Source: Octopus vulgaris (Eukaryota). From it: a stretch of DNA of 64,000 bases. The notes under the pieces were generated by a model. The model had not been told where the DNA came from. It saw only the letters and a program-made list of their open reading frames with translations, and did no database searches. The first letter of the stretch is position 1. Each line of letters starts with the position of its first letter. The translations under genes were made by a program, and so were the position numbers. Where the stretch lies: NCBI GenBank assembly GCA_951406725.2, contig OX597825.1:58900001-58964000 (forward strand). The letters are read 5' to 3'. Below are positions 39,001 through 53,330 of the stretch, in pieces.

Positions 39001-42000
39001 AATGAACTAATATAGGTAATATGTGTTAGTGCTAAAGATTTTGTATTGTAACGAAGGAGGCAGTAGTGGCTGGAATACTCTATAGTGAGGGATGGGGGTT
39101 CCCCTCAGTCACCAGGCTGTGCATCATTTGATGTGAAACTGGGGGTCATTTGGTATGAGGACTGGGAATCATTTTGTACAAGGCTAGGGATCATTTTGTA
39201 TGAGGCTGGGGATTGTTTTGGTACCAGTCTGTACAGAAAGAATAAATTTTAAAGTCAGGACATTGAGTCTTATGGAGGTGATGACAAAAGACCAAGATAT
39301 CTGGTACCTTGCTGTACTTAAGAAGCCCTATCCCATCCTCCACAGCAGAAGCGTTCATGTTGCTCCCCATGAGGAAGAGGATTGTCTTGCAAGAACCCTG
39401 TGCCAGTGCCACATTAAAAGTACCAAGCACACATTGTATAGTGGCTGGCATTAGGAAGAGCATCCAGCCATAAAAACCAAGCCAAATCAGACTGGATTCA
39501 GGTGCAGCTCTCAGGTTTGCTAGCTCTGGTCAAATTGTCTGACCCATGCCAGCATGGAAAACAGATGTTAAAGGATGATGATGATGATGACTGCTGCAGT
39601 TTGTAGGGTGTTTTTGCATTATATATGCATTATATATGTAGTAGTTGAATTATATATACTGCAATTCACTGTGTTTTTGTTATGTGTGTGATCACCTGGT
39701 CTGCACAGAAATTAAAAAAAAAGGTTGGTGGGGGGGATATTGCTCCATGGTGTATGTGTCAAACTAGGTAGACTGTAAAGTACATCAGAGATCTGATACT
39801 AAATGACAGTGAAGATAGAGGACTAGTAGCAATAACTGGGTAAGACTGTTTAATATAAGTGTGTCAGATGTGATAGTGTATGGCAGTGAAACATAGGAAA
39901 CTAAAGGTGCAAGAGAATTAGAAAGTGAGAGAGAGAGAGACGAGGAGAGATAGATAGCGGAAGATGTATGGTGTATGTATAAAAAGTATGATATTGTTTA
40001 GCAGTAAAGGGATTACATCATTTGTGTGTGAGAGAGAGAGAGACTATTTAAGGCTTAATGTGTAGGACACACTACGTGACATGATGCAAAAGAGGTCAAG
40101 GTACTTCAGCTAGTATATGTGACAGTAGAAGAACTACTGTATAACAGTAATATGAGAATAGTAAAAGACTAATAGTGCTTTCAGAAACGGCAATGTGAAG
40201 AACAACTTTTTTCTTATAAAATATTATTTTATATCAGTGTTTCTTAACCTGGGTCCATATAAGATTTTTTTGGTGGGGGGTGGGGGTGGGGGGACAAAAC
40301 AACAAAATAGTAAATTGTGGATACACAATGGTATTTTAAGGCCTCTGAAACAATTTTGCTTTAGATGTATGTATTGTTATATTTTGCAAGAAACAGTTAG
40401 GTTTCTTTCTTTGACATTTTACATAGTTCAACCTAGACAAGTTAATGTGTGAAAACAGAATAAGAATTTTACAAGAAGTTCCTATAAAACTAGTTTTTTA
40501 ACATTGAATGGTTCCATAGAATGGCTCCAAAGGGACCCATAGATATAAAAATGTTTGAAAACCCTTGTTTTATATGAAGAAAGATATATCTTTACCAAAG
40601 TGTCTAACATGGAATCTCATAAATAATAATCAAATAAGTAAAAATTTTGTCATGGGATGTGTGTTGAAGCTGTAATAATGTATTGTATTCTAAGTAGAAA
40701 GTGTTGAAAATATACAAACTTTTCTCTCTGGCAGATAAAGAGCCAGTACTAAAGAGGCGCCCTCGAAAGAAACTGTAGAGGGTGCCACATTTGAGAGATT
40801 CTATAAGGGTAGATTTTCCAACAGCAGTTGAACCGAGAATCTTAAGTTTGATTCGAGACAGGTTTTGATTCTGTGGATTTAATTGTTGGATGAAAGCAGT
40901 AACTCGATCCTGTGGAGAGAGAAAAAAACAGTAGTCATTAATAATGGTTAATAATAATAGTAATAATAATAATAATCCTTTCTCCTGGAGGCACAAGGCC
41001 TCAAATTTGTCGGGAGGGGACTAGTCAATTACATTGACCCTGGTGTTTCACTGGTACTTAATTTATCGAACCCGAAAGGATGAAAGACAAAGTTGACCTC
41101 GGCGGACTCTGAACTCGATATTTGTAATTTTTTTATCGTCGGTATCTACATATTAAATTTGAGCACAATCGGATTGAGGATGCCTGATATCCTAGAAGCC
41201 ACACATATAGAATGGATTTATATAAGAGAATATAAAATAACATGCAATTTTGATGGAAGGTTCTAATTTGGATCACTTTAAAACAGGAAGTTTGTATCAT
41301 ACAAACTGAGACAGTCTCAAGCAGGTAGGTATTAACAGGGTTAGCCATTTTGTTGCTATATTTCTGTTTCAATTAATTTTGAAAATAACGAAGAATTTAG
41401 TAAAATAATATTGTCATCATTAAACTGGTATTTAGAATATAAATTAACATGAAATGTTGACAGTGTTTCATTTAGATTATTAGCATGTAACATTGTATCA
41501 TACAATCAAGGGACAGTCTCAGTTGGGTTAGCATCAAAAGGTTTAAAGAATTATATATTGAATAAATAGAGATAGAATGTATTCAACTCACCCCATGGAC
41601 CTTATTCAGCAGTTCAGCAATGTCTGTATAACCCTGAGCTAGTGCCATGATTTCAGCAGTAACACCATCCTGATACCAACAGAGAACATAATAATAAATG
41701 TTAAAGTAACAGAGAAATAATCTGTTAAAAAGAAAAAAAAAAAAGCACCAAAGACCAGGCACTGTCCATTAAAGGATATTAGAGAAAATCTTTATATCTC
41801 CACTTCTATATTAATAAGTACCATAAATCCTCGAGTATAATCTGCATTTTTTCCCCCAAAATTTAAAGGTCAAAATCCCTACTGCGTACTATATAGGAGG
41901 TTAGAATTGAAAATTGTTTTCTAAGCAATGTCCAAGTGTCTATTTGCTGCCTGGCAATGTTTATTCAGACGCATTTTGTGATGTCGGGTGCGAAAATACC

Positions 42001-45000
42001 TTAAACTAAGCCTGAAAGTAATGAAGTCATAAAAGAATCATCCATAACTTGCAGCAAGCAATATCTATTAAACGTTATTGCTGTTATTTCTCTATTTTCT
42101 GCAAACAAAATGCTACAAAAAAGCTACACGTTTGCATTATGTTATATATACAATAATAATAAAGGACGTTACCATATACAGTTTTACAAACCAAGGACAT
42201 TATATAGACCTCCTTCACTCAAGTTAGAAAAAGGGTGTGTATTATACACAAGGTTTAGGTTTTTCAGAGGTACAGCCCCCTAAAAATCCCCTGCGTATTA
42301 TACTCAAGGGCGGACTATACTCGAGGTTTTATGGTAAATGAAATAGTGTTTGCAAGCCTATAATTCATCTTTCTTATGGTGTTGGAAAGGTTTCAAAAGT
42401 TTAAAACTGTAAATTTGATTTAACATGGCAATTTATGTGCCTGATTATTAGTCCTCCCAATCCTCACTCAACAATCACAGGAAACAAATATAATCCCCTA
42501 CTGGTCACCTAATATGATAACCCTGTACATATAAGGTTGTCTAGTTAAGATGTACATTTGCAACTATGGGATTTCAGGTTCGATCCCACTGTGGCACAGT
42601 TCACTGAGTAAGCATGTTCTACAACAGCCCTGGGTCAACCAAAGCCTTTATGAGTGAAAATAGGTAAATAAAAACTTATGAAAGCCTACTAGAGGGACTG
42701 TTCATGTTCTTGAGTCTTCACGTTTCTGCTGGACCCTGAGTCTTTAGATGGGTCCACTTTAATAACAAACACTGAGGCTAAATCTCTAGTCTGAGGATAG
42801 CTTCCTCTCTTCCTCTTACCAGTTTTGGATGCCTTGAAAAGGGTCAAGGGAACTGATCAAGCCATAATACCTTTCTCCTCACTGTCTGGGTCCACTTAGA
42901 TGTAAATTTAAAAAAATAAATTGATCAGGAGGAAAAGTATTCATAATCTTTGCGTGCCCAAGTTGAGATTTTTACAGCAGATGTCTAGCCTCAACAACAT
43001 TGTTATTATCCTTGGCAGCTTTTCCTCCATTGTCTACACCATCACCACCATCACTATCATCATTTAATAGCTATCTTCCATGCTGGATGGTTCAATAAGA
43101 ACTGGCAAATTGGAGGACAACGTTATGTCCCAATATATGCTTAGACACAATTTCTATAGCTGGATTGCCCTTCCTAATACCAACATTTTACAGGGTGTAC
43201 TGGGTGCTTTTTATATGGTGCCAGCACTAATGAAGATCATTTGTAACTTGCAAGAATGGGAAAGAACTGACCCTCAGCTTGGATATTTGCAAACTCTCCT
43301 AAAGGATACTCATGGAGCAGGTATTGTGTTACACTGGGGTACCACGATGAAGTACAGCTCACGGCTGTTGATGACCTGAGGCTATATCAAAATTCCATGC
43401 AGTGGGATTGAAACTGGATCTACACAACTGTGAAGCAGGGTTCATGCATCTACTTTTATTGGTGACATAATTTAAAACAAAGACAAATGAGAAAGAAGAG
43501 AGACGAGAAAGATGAATGTTACCTTATTCTTGGCATCAGCATTTGCTTCTGATAGTAAAAGACACCGGACAATTTCAATATGACCAGCCTTACTGGCCAG
43601 GTGTAAAGCCGTTGCTCCTGCCTGTAAATAGACAATGATGGACATATATTTCATGGTCAAACAAACATGTTATTTTTATATTATTACACACATACCTATA
43701 ATACATAGAGTAACCAGAAACTGAAAGATGTCCATTGTATGTATGTGTGTACCCTTGTCTAGATATTCATTATATAAGCAAGGTAATTAATTTCCAGTAA
43801 TCCAGGGCAAACATCTCAAGCTATGGGAAATTATCATCTTGCTTGGAAACAGATGAAGATTGGTGATAGATTATAAAAAGATTTGCCTTAATAGGTGTAG
43901 TCATGGCTGTGTGGTAAGAAGCTTGCTTTCCAACCACATGATTCCAGGTTCAGTTCCACTGCGAGGCATCCTGGGTGGATTTGGTAGATGGAAACTGAAA
44001 GAAGCCCATTGGGCATATATATGTGTATGTGTGTGTATTCCACCACTGCTAGATAGCTGGTGTTGGTTTGTTTATATCCCCGTAACTTGGCAGTTTGGCA
44101 AAAGGAAACCGATGAAGTGGGTGCTGGGCTTAAAAGAAATGATGTACTGAAGTTGATTCATTTGACTAAAAGTTCTTTGAGGTGATGCCCCAGCATGGCC
44201 GCAGTCTAATGACTGAAACAGATAAATAAAAAATAAAAGAACTAATTCCATCCAACCCATGCAAACATGGAAACGTGGCCATTAAATGGTTATTAGTAGT
44301 TTTATTTTTAATAGAGATTATTACAGGGTTGATCATCTTCCTCTTCCTCTTTAACCCTTTCGTTACCAACCAGGTTGAAACCAGCTCTGAGTACAAATGT
44401 CTTGTTTTCATAAGTTTTGAATTAAAATCTTCCACCAAACCTTAGTCACAATTTATGTTCCTAACACTAGCTGAATGATAACTAAGTTATTTTACTAAAT
44501 TCTTCGTTATATTTAAAATTAATTGAAAGAAACACAGATCATCTCAAAATAAATACAGTAACAAAAGGGTTAAAGGAAGAAGAGAAAAAAGATAAATGAT
44601 TAAACGAAGGAAAATAAGGAAAGTGAAGCATGAGACAGAAGGAAAAAAAAATTTGAATAAAGAAAACCCCCAAAATATAGAAAGAACAAAAAAAAAAAGA
44701 TGAAAGAGAATAAGGTGGGTGGGGTGGAGTTTGTTGGTGGATATGCAAACATTGAAAGTGATAAGATGATAGAGCAGCTTAGTAAGCCCATTGCCTCAAG
44801 TTCAAATCAGCCAGAACAGATGTGTTAATGGATTACAAAAACTATGAATCAAAAGAACACACTTTCAAAGCAAGAGGAGCAGAGGGGTGAGGCGAGGAAG
44901 GAATGGAGTGGCTTAGCAATGGGAAGTGAGGCTTACAGTAAACAACCTCACTTGTTCTAGTGGAATCCCTTCCGACTGGGACTGGGGTTTGAGAAACAGC

Positions 45001-48000
45001 GTTGGGTGGAATGTCAACAGAATGTGGAGATTAAGAAAGCTGAGGAATTTAAGATGGGTTACACTTAAACGTCTCTGTTTGCAGCCATTAGGTCGTGCTT
45101 TCTGTAATTAATCCAAATATCATAATAGGGGATTATATAGACCACCACCACCACCACCACTGCTGCTGCCGCCACCGCAACAAGAGCCACCAAGTCTGAT
45201 TACTTATATAGAAAAAAGTTTAGCTCTAGGCTAGAGATTAAGAGAAACACCGAGAAGAAAGTGTGTGTGCATGCACGTGCATACTAACAAAGGGTGCACA
45301 TATACATATACACACACACATATATATATATATGCAAGTGCATGAGCACTAATAGGCATGTGTATGTAAATGTACGCATATATGATTGTGCACATGAATG
45401 CATGGGAATGTCAGTGGGTACAAGTGCCTAAAAGTGTGGACGTATGAGTATGTGTGCAAGTGCACATGTGTGTGTGTGTGCATGTGTGTTTGTGTCTGTT
45501 CCTGACCACCGCTTGACAACAGACGCTGGTGTGTTTATGGACCCCTTAACATAGCAGTTTGGCAAAAGAACTGATAGAATAAGTACTGGGGTTGGTATAT
45601 TTGACTAAACTTGTTTAAGGTAGTGTCCCGGCATGGCTGCAGTCTAATGACTGAAACAAGTAAAAGATAAAGCCCTAAATCACCAGGAGTTACAAGCCCA
45701 GTGGTTACCCCCACCTGATTTAGCCATATTACAGACATAGTGACAAACAGACAGACAGGTTGTTGAATAGACAGGTATACAAACTGACAAATCAATATAC
45801 TGACCCTGTTAGTCATATCTACAACACAACCATAGGCACACATTGCCTGTACAACAGGAACTAGGCCATTTCTTGCAGCAATATGTAAAGCATTTTCTCC
45901 AGTTTCCTGTAAGAAAGACAAGAATTTAAGATATACAACAACAACAGCTATTGATTTTATAACATTAATATAAAGCCTTGAATTTACATGGGTCAGGGGT
46001 ACAGTTGACTTAAATGACTCCAGTATTTCACTGACAATGTTTTTAATTGATCTCACAAGGGTAAAAATCCAGGTTGACTCCTGTAGGATTTGAACTTAAT
46101 ATGTAAAAGGATGTGATTAACATACAGCACAGTGTATTGTCCTTAGCTCTACCAATTTTCCCACAGCCATAAGCCTTGTATGTAAATATGTGTGAGTCAT
46201 TCTATTAAGCTTATCAATAACTAGCAGTATTGCCCGGTGTTGCTCAGGTTTGTTTTCTTTTCGACACGTTAGAATTGGAATTTTTGAAAAGTAAAAATTT
46301 TGCATTATGTAGCTTGTTATTCTCTTTGAGTGAACATTTTTCTGGTTGAAATACACCGAAAAATGGCGACACAGCAGTCAACAAATCGTAAAAAATAGGG
46401 ATTTTCATAGAAAAAAAAAGCACCTTTTTGATGTAAATAATTTTTGGTGTTAACATGGTTCAATTTGAATTTTTTCTTCTACAGAAGGAAGAGCAAACCT
46501 TCTATCATACTCTCAATTTTGGTCAACTTGCGCTGTAGGGTCTTGGAGGAGATAGTGTTAGTTAAAGGCTACCAAACCTGCCACGCACAGACAACTTCAG
46601 CTTTATATATAGAGAGATAATGAAGACTAAGGTGAGCTGGAAAATTGTTAGCACTCGGGGCAAAATGCTTTGTGGTATTTCATCTGTCTTTACATTCTGA
46701 GTGCAAACACTGCTGAGGTTGACTTTGCCTTTCGTCCTTTTGGGGGTCAATGAAATAAGTACCAGTTGAGTACTGGGGTTGATGTAGTTAACTTTCCCCT
46801 CCTCTGAAATTACTGGCCTTGCGCCAAAATTTGAAACCAGTAATAATGAAGACTATTTTGAAGCAAATATGACTCCTTCCAGTGTATCACTAGTATTTAT
46901 GTTTAGCAAATTCAAAGAGAAATGAGAGATAAAGTTGAATGCAGCATGTATTTGCATGTGTTTATGTGTGTGCGTGCATGTGTAGCAGTTGTGGATAACC
47001 TGTGGCCCCTTGGGACTTTCTGAATGACATACCTAACAAAAAATTACCTTTACTTTTGTTAGTAGTGCAGCCCACCTGATGATGAACCATGTCTCATGTG
47101 GTTTGCCTCTCAAAAAGGCTGCTCATTTTTAGTTTAAGCTATTTGTAGTCAGAAGGCTTGTGTCTATTTTTGCAGTAAGTTGAGTGAAGACAAACTATCA
47201 CTCTATCATGTAGACCTAAGTTATTTGAACAAAGACACCCTTTAAGTTAATCTTATTTACCCTTTGGCATTCAGATTACTCAGTCAAATGTAATGCCTAT
47301 TTATTCACATTTGTGTTAAATTAATCCTGCATTATCTCATATAGCTTCAAGATTATGAAAAGGAGGTTGTTTAATTTTAGAATGACATTGCAAGGTAGGT
47401 GTGAGAGGCAAGATCTGACCAGTTTGAATATAAAAGGAGAATATTTGGGTCCGATGTGGTTGGTTTAAATACTGAAGGGTTAATTATGTTGCAAAGACTG
47501 TATACCGTAAATCCTCGAGTATAATTTCCCAAAATTTAAAGGTCAAAATCTCTAGTGCATACTATGTATGAGGTTTAAAATGAAAATTATTTTCTAAGCA
47601 ATGTCTGAGTCTCTATTTGTTGTTTGGCAATGTTTATTCAGATGCATTTTGTGACGTCGGGCACAAAAATACCTTAAGCTATGAAGTCATAAAAGAATCA
47701 TCCATAACTTGCAGTTAACAACATTTATTAAACGTTATTACTGTTATTTCTTTATTTTCTGCAAACAAAATGCACAAAAAAGCTACATGTTTGCATTATG
47801 TTATATATACAATAATAATAAAGGATATTACAGTACACATTTTTACAAACCAAGGACGTTATAAAGACCTTGACTCAAGTTAGAGAAAAGCTACATGTTT
47901 GCATTATGTTATATATACAATAATAATAAAGGATATTACAGTACACATTTTTACAAACCAAGGACGTTATAAAGACCTTGACTCAAGTTAGAGAAGGGGT

Positions 48001-50738
48001 GTGTATTATACACAAGGTTTAGATTTTTCAGAGGCACAGCCCTCTAAAAATCCCCTGGTATTATACTCAAGGGCGGACTATACTCGGGGATTTACGGTAG
48101 ATGTGTGTGTCTTTGTGTTTGTGCCCTCACCACTACTTGACTGGTATTGGTTGGTTTACACCTCTGTAACCTAGCAGTTCAGCAAAAGAGTTGTCATAAT
48201 AAGTACCAAACTTAAAATAAGAATAAAGTACAAGCAATTGATTTGTTTGACTAAAACCTCCAGCATAGCCACAGTCCAATGACTGAAACAAGATACCCCC
48301 CCCCACACACATACATATAGATATTTAGGACAAATACAAATATAAACAAAACCTATGTGCGTTTTAACTAAGCACACACTTCTGTTTATTTCGCTGCAGT
48401 GCTTTGATTAATCAATAATTCATGTTGCCAGTGCATGCACTATTACATAACTAAGGAAGACTAAATAAGTTCTGTTAGAGGTTTGTATAAATTATAAATA
48501 GTTCTAAGTTGCTAGTCTTTCAGTGGGCAGGAAATGAGTATCTAATCACTGATGAGATCCTAATAGATAACGAAACTAGTAATATTGATCTAATTTTCTA
48601 TCCACAAAGATAGAGGGAGAGAGAAACTTTGTGGTTTACCCTTGGTGTCTACATTTCATTAGTAATGAGTTAACTAAAAATACATTATCATAAATATATT
48701 TTACATCCCTCTTTTATTGACTGTTTGTGTCCCTGATATATATATATATATATATATAGGTATGATTGGAGGCTCTTGACGCATGAAAATTAAACCACAC
48801 AGGTTTCGGCTCTAATGTTAAACACATTAAGCTCTCACTGTCTCTTGTACGTACAGGCCGTATTGTTTATTTATTATCACTGTTTTGAATTAATTATGTA
48901 TTATCTTGTAGTTTCAAGATTTCAATGGTGTGTTTGTATATTTTTAGAATGACATTGTAGGGTAGGTGTGAGAAGTTGAATCTGGTCAATTAAACACTAA
49001 AGGGATAAAAAAAAACACCTTAGATCCATGTTTGAAACATGTTTGACCACCAAAATGGCATGTTCACTGTGGTTTGCCATAGACAAAAATTCTTGCTATA
49101 GATTATATGAATTAAAAACGCCAAATTCAGTTCAGAGCACCAACTCCACGAACCACGAACTGGTAAATGCATTTCAAGCCTTTTATATTCTCTTCAATGT
49201 TAGATGCTAAGCAGAGTAACTCTAAAGTGACTGGAAGACTTCTTATAAGGAATTAATAAAAACAATTTGTTCCATCAGGCTAGAACAAAACATATGGGTG
49301 GAACATGAGGCAGCAGTATTATTATTATCATAATTATTATTATTATTATTATTATCATCATTATTATTACAAGGCAGTGAGCTGGGTAATCGTTAGCATC
49401 CCAGGCGAAATGCTTGGTGGTATTTCGTCCATCTTTATCTTCTGAGTTGAAATTCTGCCAAGGTTAACTTTGCCTTTCGTCCTTTTGGGGGTCAATAAAT
49501 TAAGTACCAGTTATGCACTGGGGTCAATGTGATTGACTATCCCCTCACCACAAATTTCAGGCCTTGTGCCTTTAGTAGAAAGAATTATTATTATGGTTGG
49601 GTTCCAACCTGGACTGCAGCAACAAAGTCCACCCACCACATTCCTCAGTCCATCATTACTGCCTTCAGGTCCTGGATACACATTCCAGGCAAGTGCCTGT
49701 GATCATATAAAACACTAACTCTAAAATCCTAACCGTAACTCTAAAACCCTAACCGTAACCCTAAAACCCTAGCCCTAACCTTAAAACCCTAGCCCTAATC
49801 CTAAATGTTAATTTTGTGTGACGACATTTTCCTCTTCTTACATCACCATGAAGTGGGTTCCACAAGACTTAATTTGGGACGATTCCAGTTCAGGGTGGCA
49901 TTTGCAGTGACCAGATAGCTGCAGCTGTCTTTGCCTGACCTTTTCACTATCTTTCGACATGAGGAAGTGGTGTAAAATAAACAAACTTTAAACCAGTTCA
50001 AATATGCTTGGGACATATTTGACTTGTAAAAAGACATTTTCAATGTGGTCTGCTCCAAAGATTATTTATTTTATATCACTGTATTGCATGCTACCCAGAC
50101 ATTTTGTTCTGGCCTTACAGCCAAAGTGAGCATTAAATGATGATGAATGCAGTACTTACATATACCATGAAACTAGTTTTTTGTTTTTATATATTTATGA
50201 ACTTGGTACTAATCCAGTATACAAAATCTTAAGAGTTTCATTTTAGGAATGTTTTTCTTTCCATCAATGTAAATCCCTTTATTACTCTTTCCCTTCAGTT
50301 TGTCAACCACAGAAATCATTTACATATTCCTTTTGCTTACCATATTTTCATTCTATATTCACCTACAATTCCCTGCTTATTTTAAACCCTTTGCAAGCGA
50401 TTTCAGGATCTTTTCCATTTTTCCTTGTGAGACTTATCATACTTTGAAAAATTATCGATTTTATAGATTTACAGATTATAGAATTATTAGATAGAGGATT
50501 ATCAAATAAATGTGTGCATAAGCACGTGCACACACACACATACACACAAGTGTAATGTAAACAAGAGGAAGATAAGAGAGTAACCCAAAACTGTGTGTAA
50601 AGTAATATAATTTATTGGTAATTGAAACTACACAAATTACTACTCAAAATTTCTTGTAGTTGATCTTCAGATGATTATGAAAGATAATCACCTGAAGTGA
50701 TACACAGTAATGATTTGTGAATTATTCAGTTTTCAATA

Positions 50739-50775
<37 letters not shown>

Positions 50776-51893
50776 TATTTAGCAGAAGTAACAGATGACT
50801 CAAGATCCAAAAGTTTAATATGTTGGCAATTATCAAACTAGTCACAGGCTGTGCCAATGCATGAAACTCTTGGCCCTTGAGACACTGTTACTTCTACTAA
50901 ATATTAATAAAAATATACATATACTTATATTTTGAATTCTATTTTTCCTGTTTGCATCAACATACTTGTATGTATATATATATATATATATATATAAAGA
51001 AAGGAAATGAAGAAAATGCTGACAAAATAATTTAAGTAGAGAGAGTGTATTTAATTAGGTGAAAGTTCTTTTTACGTTGCGCATTTGTTATGCTTATCAA
51101 AAGATATTTTTTAAAGAGAGATAGAGTTCCTTTCTGATAGAAAAAAATCTATCAGAAAGGAACTCTATCTCTCTTAAAAAATATCTTTTGATAAGCATAA
51201 CAAATGCGCAACCGGTAAAAAGAACTTTCACCTAATTAAATACACTCTCTCTTACTTAAATTATTTTGTCAGCATTTTCTTCATTTCCTTTCTTTATATA
51301 TCACAACTCGTGTTCCACATCTCCTTTTTTAAATATATCATCATCATCAGCATTTAGCATCTATTTTTCCTTGCTGGCAATGTGATCACGTGACTAATCA
51401 GGCTCTCAGATGTTGTTGCACATTGGTCACAATGCATTTTGCATTGTTTTGGCCTTTGAAGGACACAACCCTGGTGGCTAGGCAAGCAGGTCAACATTCT
51501 CTCCTGATTGAAAGGGGGACTGGAGCAATGTGAAAGGAAGTGTTCTGCTGAAGAACACAATGCACCGCCTGGTCTAGGAATTGAACCTATGATCAAGTGA
51601 TCGTGAATGCAATACTAACTACTAGGCCACATGCCTTCACACACACACATACATATATATATACATACATACATATACAGATATATCTTTCTTCTATATG
51701 GATTACCTAATAACATCTGTGTTTGAAAAATTGAACAAGGAAAGTGCTTACAATACAAAATCTTCATTCCAAAAATTTTGTGTCATTCTGTTTTTCTAAG
51801 ATTATTTTTTTAAATAGTTAATAACTTTTAAGAAAGTCTTTTTTCAAATATCGTGACTGTGTCGAGTACTTTTTATGAAAACTTTTAAATGTT

Positions 51894-51928
<35 letters not shown>

Positions 51929-53283
51929 TGCATGTGTAAATTACATATTTCATTTATAAAAGATTAATCTAAGATTGAATGAAGAAAACCTATTTATGTT
52001 ATTAATTTAAGTGAATGCAAACTTAATGACTCATGAGACTACAAAAAAATAAGTGAGTAATTTGATATCATGCCCCATTCCTAATTTTAATTAGCATACA
52101 TTTAATTGAAAAATATAAACATCCATGATTTCACCAACATCTGATCACTCAGTTTTTTGGAGTAACTTAACCCTTCCACAAAAAAAAGAAAAAAATCAAA
52201 AACAATACACATAAAAAACCTATGAAATCTGTAAAAAATGGCAGAGATGAAAAGAAAAAAAAAAGAGGGGAAAATTGGTAATGAGTAGGTGAACTTACTA
52301 AATCTGTAGTATCAAGATCACAGCCCTTATGTATCAAAAGTAGAGCAATTTGGACATGGTGCCGATTACAGGCAAGGTGGAGTGGAGTGCTTCCATTCTA
52401 GAAAAAAAAAAAGGGAAAATATAAAAAAAATAGTAAAAATAATTTGAAATATTTTGTCAAAAAATGAAAGGTAAACATCACCATATTAATCATCATCATA
52501 AGTCAACAAAAGTATTGTTGTTTAGTCATTCGACCTGCTATGCTAGAAATAGCAACAAAACCTCCCTCAAATCATATCATGTTAAAAAAAAAAAGACAAA
52601 TTAAATTAAATACATCTTGATATATTTTCCTGGGAGGATCATGGAGGTTGAGCCCTAAAGCACCTCCTCAACAGGCTCCTATCAGAAGCAACAGACATTA
52701 CACTATCTGGCTGGATTTTCAAGTGTGACCATCTGAGACTACAGATATTATCCAACCATTTCATTCTTGATCTACTTTTAGGTCTCCTGCCGGTTGGCTC
52801 AGCTTGAAGAATCTGTCTTGCTATTCTTTCCAGCAACATTCTAATCACATGTCTGTAGTACAAGAGCCTTGACCTCTCAACTAAAAAACTGTTTATTTGA
52901 AAATTATGTCACTGAGGTTAATTTAACTGAACAAAGAGGTTCCACTCCTTGCTTTGTGACTGAGTGGTTAGGGTTAAGAAGTGAATCACTCAGCTGTGAA
53001 GACAATTATAAAACACCTGCCCATTGCAAACACTGAGAACATAGAAGTAAAATAGAAGTGGATATTAAAAAATCTACCTGTATGAAGAAATACCAGAGGC
53101 AAAATATATTTATAGAGTTAATGAAGAAACATTTACATGATTATGTAACTGCAGAAATAGCAATGAAATCTCTGTCAAATTACACCCTGCTGTCTTGAAG
53201 AGGGGGAAGGACAAAGCAGTCCTAAATATGGCAGGAATGCCTTTGATGATGGAGTCTGTTTAGTCAAGGATGACCTGTAGCTA

Positions 53284-53330
<47 letters not shown>

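Noticed and set aside
47076-47105. Isolated CTGATGA motifs (also ~9153, ~54177, ~62530)
   Set aside because: No correctly placed helix II plus GAAA plus UH; a 7-mer is expected by chance several times in 64 kb.
49710-49805. Telomere or chromosome-fusion site
   Set aside because: Short, degenerate, single orientation and inside an intact gene's intron.
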